This document shows positions 25,203-27,823 of a stretch of DNA of 27,823 nt, piece by piece. The translations under genes were made by a program, and so were the position numbers. The stretch comes from a virus (lineage: Duplodnaviria > Caudoviricetes). Under the pieces are notes generated by a model that had not been told where the DNA came from, did no database searches, and saw nothing but the letters and a program-made list of their open reading frames with translations. Location: positions 1 to 27,823 of the IMG/VR virus record IMGVR_UViG_3300030372_000610; one strand, 5' to 3'. Numbering within the stretch: the stretch's first letter is position 1; every line of letters starts with the position of its first letter.

Positions 25203-25528
25203 TGGCAATATTATATAAAAATGTTAAAAAGAAGTTGCAGACTTCAGATACAACAATTTTAACACCAGCTAACGCAACAACGGCTATTATTAAATCAATT
25301 GTTGTTTGTGAACAAAGTAATAATGGTGAAACATTAAATGTAACAATTACAGATACAGCAGATACTCCTGTAACATTTCAATTGTTTAAAGATAAGACAA
25401 TATCTGCAAAAGCAACAGTTGAACTATTAACAGAACCTTTGGTGTTAGCAGAATCAGAAACACTAAAAGCAACGGGTGCAGCAAATGATCGCTTACATAT
25501 GGTTGTAAGTTATCAAGAAATAAGTTAA
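25202..25528 (+). CDS. Small tail structural protein
   Basis: TAATG overlap; AIIKSI.V...TVELL..PLVL...E.LK...HMVVSY.EI. Confidence 0.75.
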   Translation: MAILYKNVKKKLQTSDTTILTPANATTAIIKSIVVCEQSNNGETLNVTITDTADTPVTFQLFKDKTISAKATVELLTEPLVLAESETLKATGAANDRLHMVVSYQEIS

Positions 25529-25550
25529 GGTATAGCAAAGAGGATAATAT

Positions 25551-26084
25551 ATGTTTTCAGGTCTTGGTGGTTTATTTAGTAAAGTGGGTGGTTTCCCAGG
25601 TATTTTTTTAGTTGCTAGTGTGCTTGATATGTTAAAAAAAGGTGGAGGTAAAGGTTTAGAAAGTCTTTATACACCAGAACAATTAGCAACGGGTGAAAGA
25701 GATCCAGACTATAAAGGCGATCCAACAAAATATAATGTTTTTGTAAACACATTAACTGATGAAAGATTTGGAACAAAAGAAGAGCGTGACGAGGATCTTG
25801 AAAAAGTAAAGAAAGCAGCGGATGGTGGCATAATGTCAGCATATAGTTCAGGTGGCATGGCAGAGCCAGAATTTGGTGGGTTGTTGCGTGGACCTGGTAC
25901 TGGAACCTCGGACAGTATACCTGGCATGATATATCAAAATGGTAAACCAGTTCAAAGAGCAGCCTTGTCAGATGGTGAATTTGTGTTTACAAACAAAGCG
26001 GTCAAAGCCGCAGGTGGCGGAAGTATTGAAAAAGGTGCTGATGCAATGTATGAATTGATGAATAAGCTTGAAAGGAAAGCATAA
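25551..26084 (+). CDS. Putative internal virion protein with GPGTGTSDSIP...LSDGEFV motif
   Basis: GAGG SD. Hydrophobic N-terminus, AADGG and YSSGG, then GPGTGTSDSIP and LSDGEFVF..KAV. Confidence 0.7.
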   Translation: MFSGLGGLFSKVGGFPGIFLVASVLDMLKKGGGKGLESLYTPEQLATGERDPDYKGDPTKYNVFVNTLTDERFGTKEERDEDLEKVKKAADGGIMSAYSSGGMAEPEFGGLLRGPGTGTSDSIPGMIYQNGKPVQRAALSDGEFVFTNKAVKAAGGGSIEKGADAMYELMNKLERKA

Positions 26085-27010
26085 TGGCGGTTCAATCTGG
26101 TTCTTCCCAAACTTTTTTACCCTCCTATCAAGAACAATATCTTAAAGATCTTTTAGCTGGAGCCTCGGCTCTTGGAACCGAAGGAGGAATGGAGGTTCCA
26201 GAATATAAAATAGCGGATCTGACACCTCTGCAACAGCAGGCTATAACAATGGGTGCGGCAGGATTAGGGGCATATTCTCCGTATTTTCAATCAGCTGTGG
26301 GAACATTGGGTAAAGGTGCAGAAGCCATAGCTCAAAGCACTGGAACTTTTGATCCTCGATCTGCGTCACAGTTCATGGATCCGTATACAGAGGATGTAAT
26401 AAGACAATCAGAAAAAGACATTGCAAGATTAGGAACTAAACAGCAACAAGGTTTAAGAGATAGAGCAGTTGCTGCTGGTGCATTTGGTGGTGGTAGACAG
26501 GCAATAGGAGAAGCTGAAATAGGTAGAAATGTTCTTGATCAACAAGCAAGAACTGGTGCACAGTTAAGATCGCAAGGTTACCAACAAGCTATGGGTCAAG
26601 CACAAGCAGCGTTTGAAAACCAACAGAGAAGACAGCAACAAGCTGGACAAATATTTGGTGGACTTGGACAAGCTACAGCACAGTTAGGTCTTGGTTTGCA
26701 AGGTGCACAGCAAAGAGATGTATCAAGTCTTCTTGGTCTGGGTGGCTTGGAACAGGCACAACAACAGGCTGGTCTGGATGCATTCAGAAAAACTGCGGCA
26801 GAAAGAGCAAGATCACCTTACCAGAACATAGGTTTCTTATCAGATATATTTAGAGGTGTACCATCAACTGGCGGTACATATACACAACAATTTACGCAAG
26901 ATCCTAGTATGCTGTCACAAGTTGCTGGATTAGGACTTGGATTAGCTGGATTAGGACAAGCATATCCTAATATGTTTAGCGGAATATTTGGAGCACCAGC
27001 AAAAACATGA
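26084..27010 (+). CDS. Putative DNA ejection/transfer protein
   Basis: Q/G/A-rich helical protein; FMDPY...V, AGAFGG.R, L.SQGY.QA and a Gly-rich hydrophobic C-terminus. Confidence 0.7.
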   Translation: MAVQSGSSQTFLPSYQEQYLKDLLAGASALGTEGGMEVPEYKIADLTPLQQQAITMGAAGLGAYSPYFQSAVGTLGKGAEAIAQSTGTFDPRSASQFMDPYTEDVIRQSEKDIARLGTKQQQGLRDRAVAAGAFGGGRQAIGEAEIGRNVLDQQARTGAQLRSQGYQQAMGQAQAAFENQQRRQQQAGQIFGGLGQATAQLGLGLQGAQQRDVSSLLGLGGLEQAQQQAGLDAFRKTAAERARSPYQNIGFLSDIFRGVPSTGGTYTQQFTQDPSMLSQVAGLGLGLAGLGQAYPNMFSGIFGAPAKT

Positions 27011-27823
27011 GTGTAATGAACCGAAAAATGTTTAACAGAGGTGCTCGTAAAGAGTTACGCAAAAAAGGTGGCATTGAAGATGTGCAACATTTTAAAAATG
27101 CTGGACGAGTTGATGTAAGTAACATATCAAATCAAGATGCTATAACCATGGCTTTAAATGCCTCGCCAAGTTTAAAAACCAGATTAAATATACTTAATAC
27201 ATATCAAATTCCTTTAGTTCCTGGCATGTATGTTAATAAAGAGGGTGGAATATTCCAACCTAACAGTTCTGTAACCAAAATTACAAATGAACAGATAAAT
27301 CAATTGTTAAAAAACAGAGCAGAGAGAGCAAAAAGTCCGATTGGTTTAGAACAGGGTCTTTCTTCTGTATTTAAACCAGAAGAAGCCGTTACTGCCGCAG
27401 GTGTATTAGGTTCTAAAGTAGGACAATATTTAGGAGAAATTGGTGATTTAGGAGCACAAGGTATAATGAGTGTTGCTGAACTGTTTCAAAAGAAAAATTT
27501 AGATGTACCTGGTCTTAGAAAACTTATTGAAGAAGGAGATCCGAAAGGAATATTATATGGTATTGATTTAACCAAATTAGAGGGAATAGAGAAAATAGAT
27601 CCTTCTCTTGCAAGACCTCCTGGTAAGGTTCCTGGTAAAATCACACAAGTTGGTGATGAAAATCAAATAACAAAGCCTATACCAGAACTTAGAACTATGT
27701 ATGATACAGACAATGTTCCAGAGATAGATGCTTCAATAAATGAAGAGATTAGAAAACTGCTTTATCCAGATGAAAAAGAAGTTCAAGAACAGAAGAAAAA
27801 AGAAGAAGAAAAAAAGAAAGTTA
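27007..27823 (+). CDS. Putative large internal/ejection protein (3' truncated, absent from the ORF track)
   Basis: ATGA overlap. Translated by hand as MSVMNRKMFNRGARKELRKKGGIEDVQHF..., with no stop before the window end. Confidence 0.8.
   Translation, partial: MSVMNRKMFNRGARKELRKKGGIEDVQHFKNAGRVDVSNISNQDAITMALNASPSLKTRLNILNTYQIPLVPGMYVNKEGGIFQPNSSVTKITNEQINQLLKNRAERAKSPIGLEQGLSSVFKPEEAVTAAGVLGSKVGQYLGEIGDLGAQGIMSVAELFQKKNLDVPGLRKLIEEGDPKGILYGIDLTKLEGIEKIDPSLARPPGKVPGKITQVGDENQITKPIPELRTMYDTDNVPEIDASINEEIRKLLYPDEKEVQEQKKKEEEKKKV

Noticed and set aside
1000-25927. All minus-strand ORFs in the track (e.g. 1668-2063, 16097-16552, 20819-21514, 23838-24230)
   Set aside because: They are antisense shadows of well-supported + strand genes, favoured by biased codons in S/T/A/D-rich proteins, and carry no recognisable motifs.
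1-27823. Stop-codon reassignment; tRNA, rRNA or integrase genes
   Set aside because: Genes are intact in the standard code with all three stops used at sensible ends. The intergenic gaps are too short or otherwise explained, and no cloverleaf was seen.

Overview
This window is the virion morphogenesis region of an AT-rich tailed phage, most likely a marine podovirus-type phage of the uvMED/pelagiphage-like kind. That assignment and an alphaproteobacterial host are inferred from recalled family resemblance, not from a search. All credible genes lie on the + strand and are tightly coupled. The order is: terminase large subunit C-terminus, a long P22-type portal, small membrane proteins, very basic small proteins and a holin, GroES, scaffold, capsid-associated proteins, major capsid protein (MCP), a structured intergenic region, neck/adaptor proteins, a large fibre/adhesin/chaperone array (including a peptidase S74 fibre), the tail nozzle, and internal/ejection proteins that run off the end. 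Four observations stand out. (1) A predicted ~75-nt small RNA (10131-10205) has its own sigma70-type promoter buried in the MCP terminator, and it is the exact antisense of a Shine-Dalgarno (SD) plus start codon. (2) An xxxGG-hydrophobic motif recurs in six unrelated basic or internal proteins, suggesting a cargo-tagging or processing system, with an unassigned Cys/His-rich candidate protease nearby. (3) A small basic protein begins with a mimic of the MCP N-terminus. (4) A GC-rich two-state RNA switch with a possible dual start sits in front of the holin. No database searches were run.
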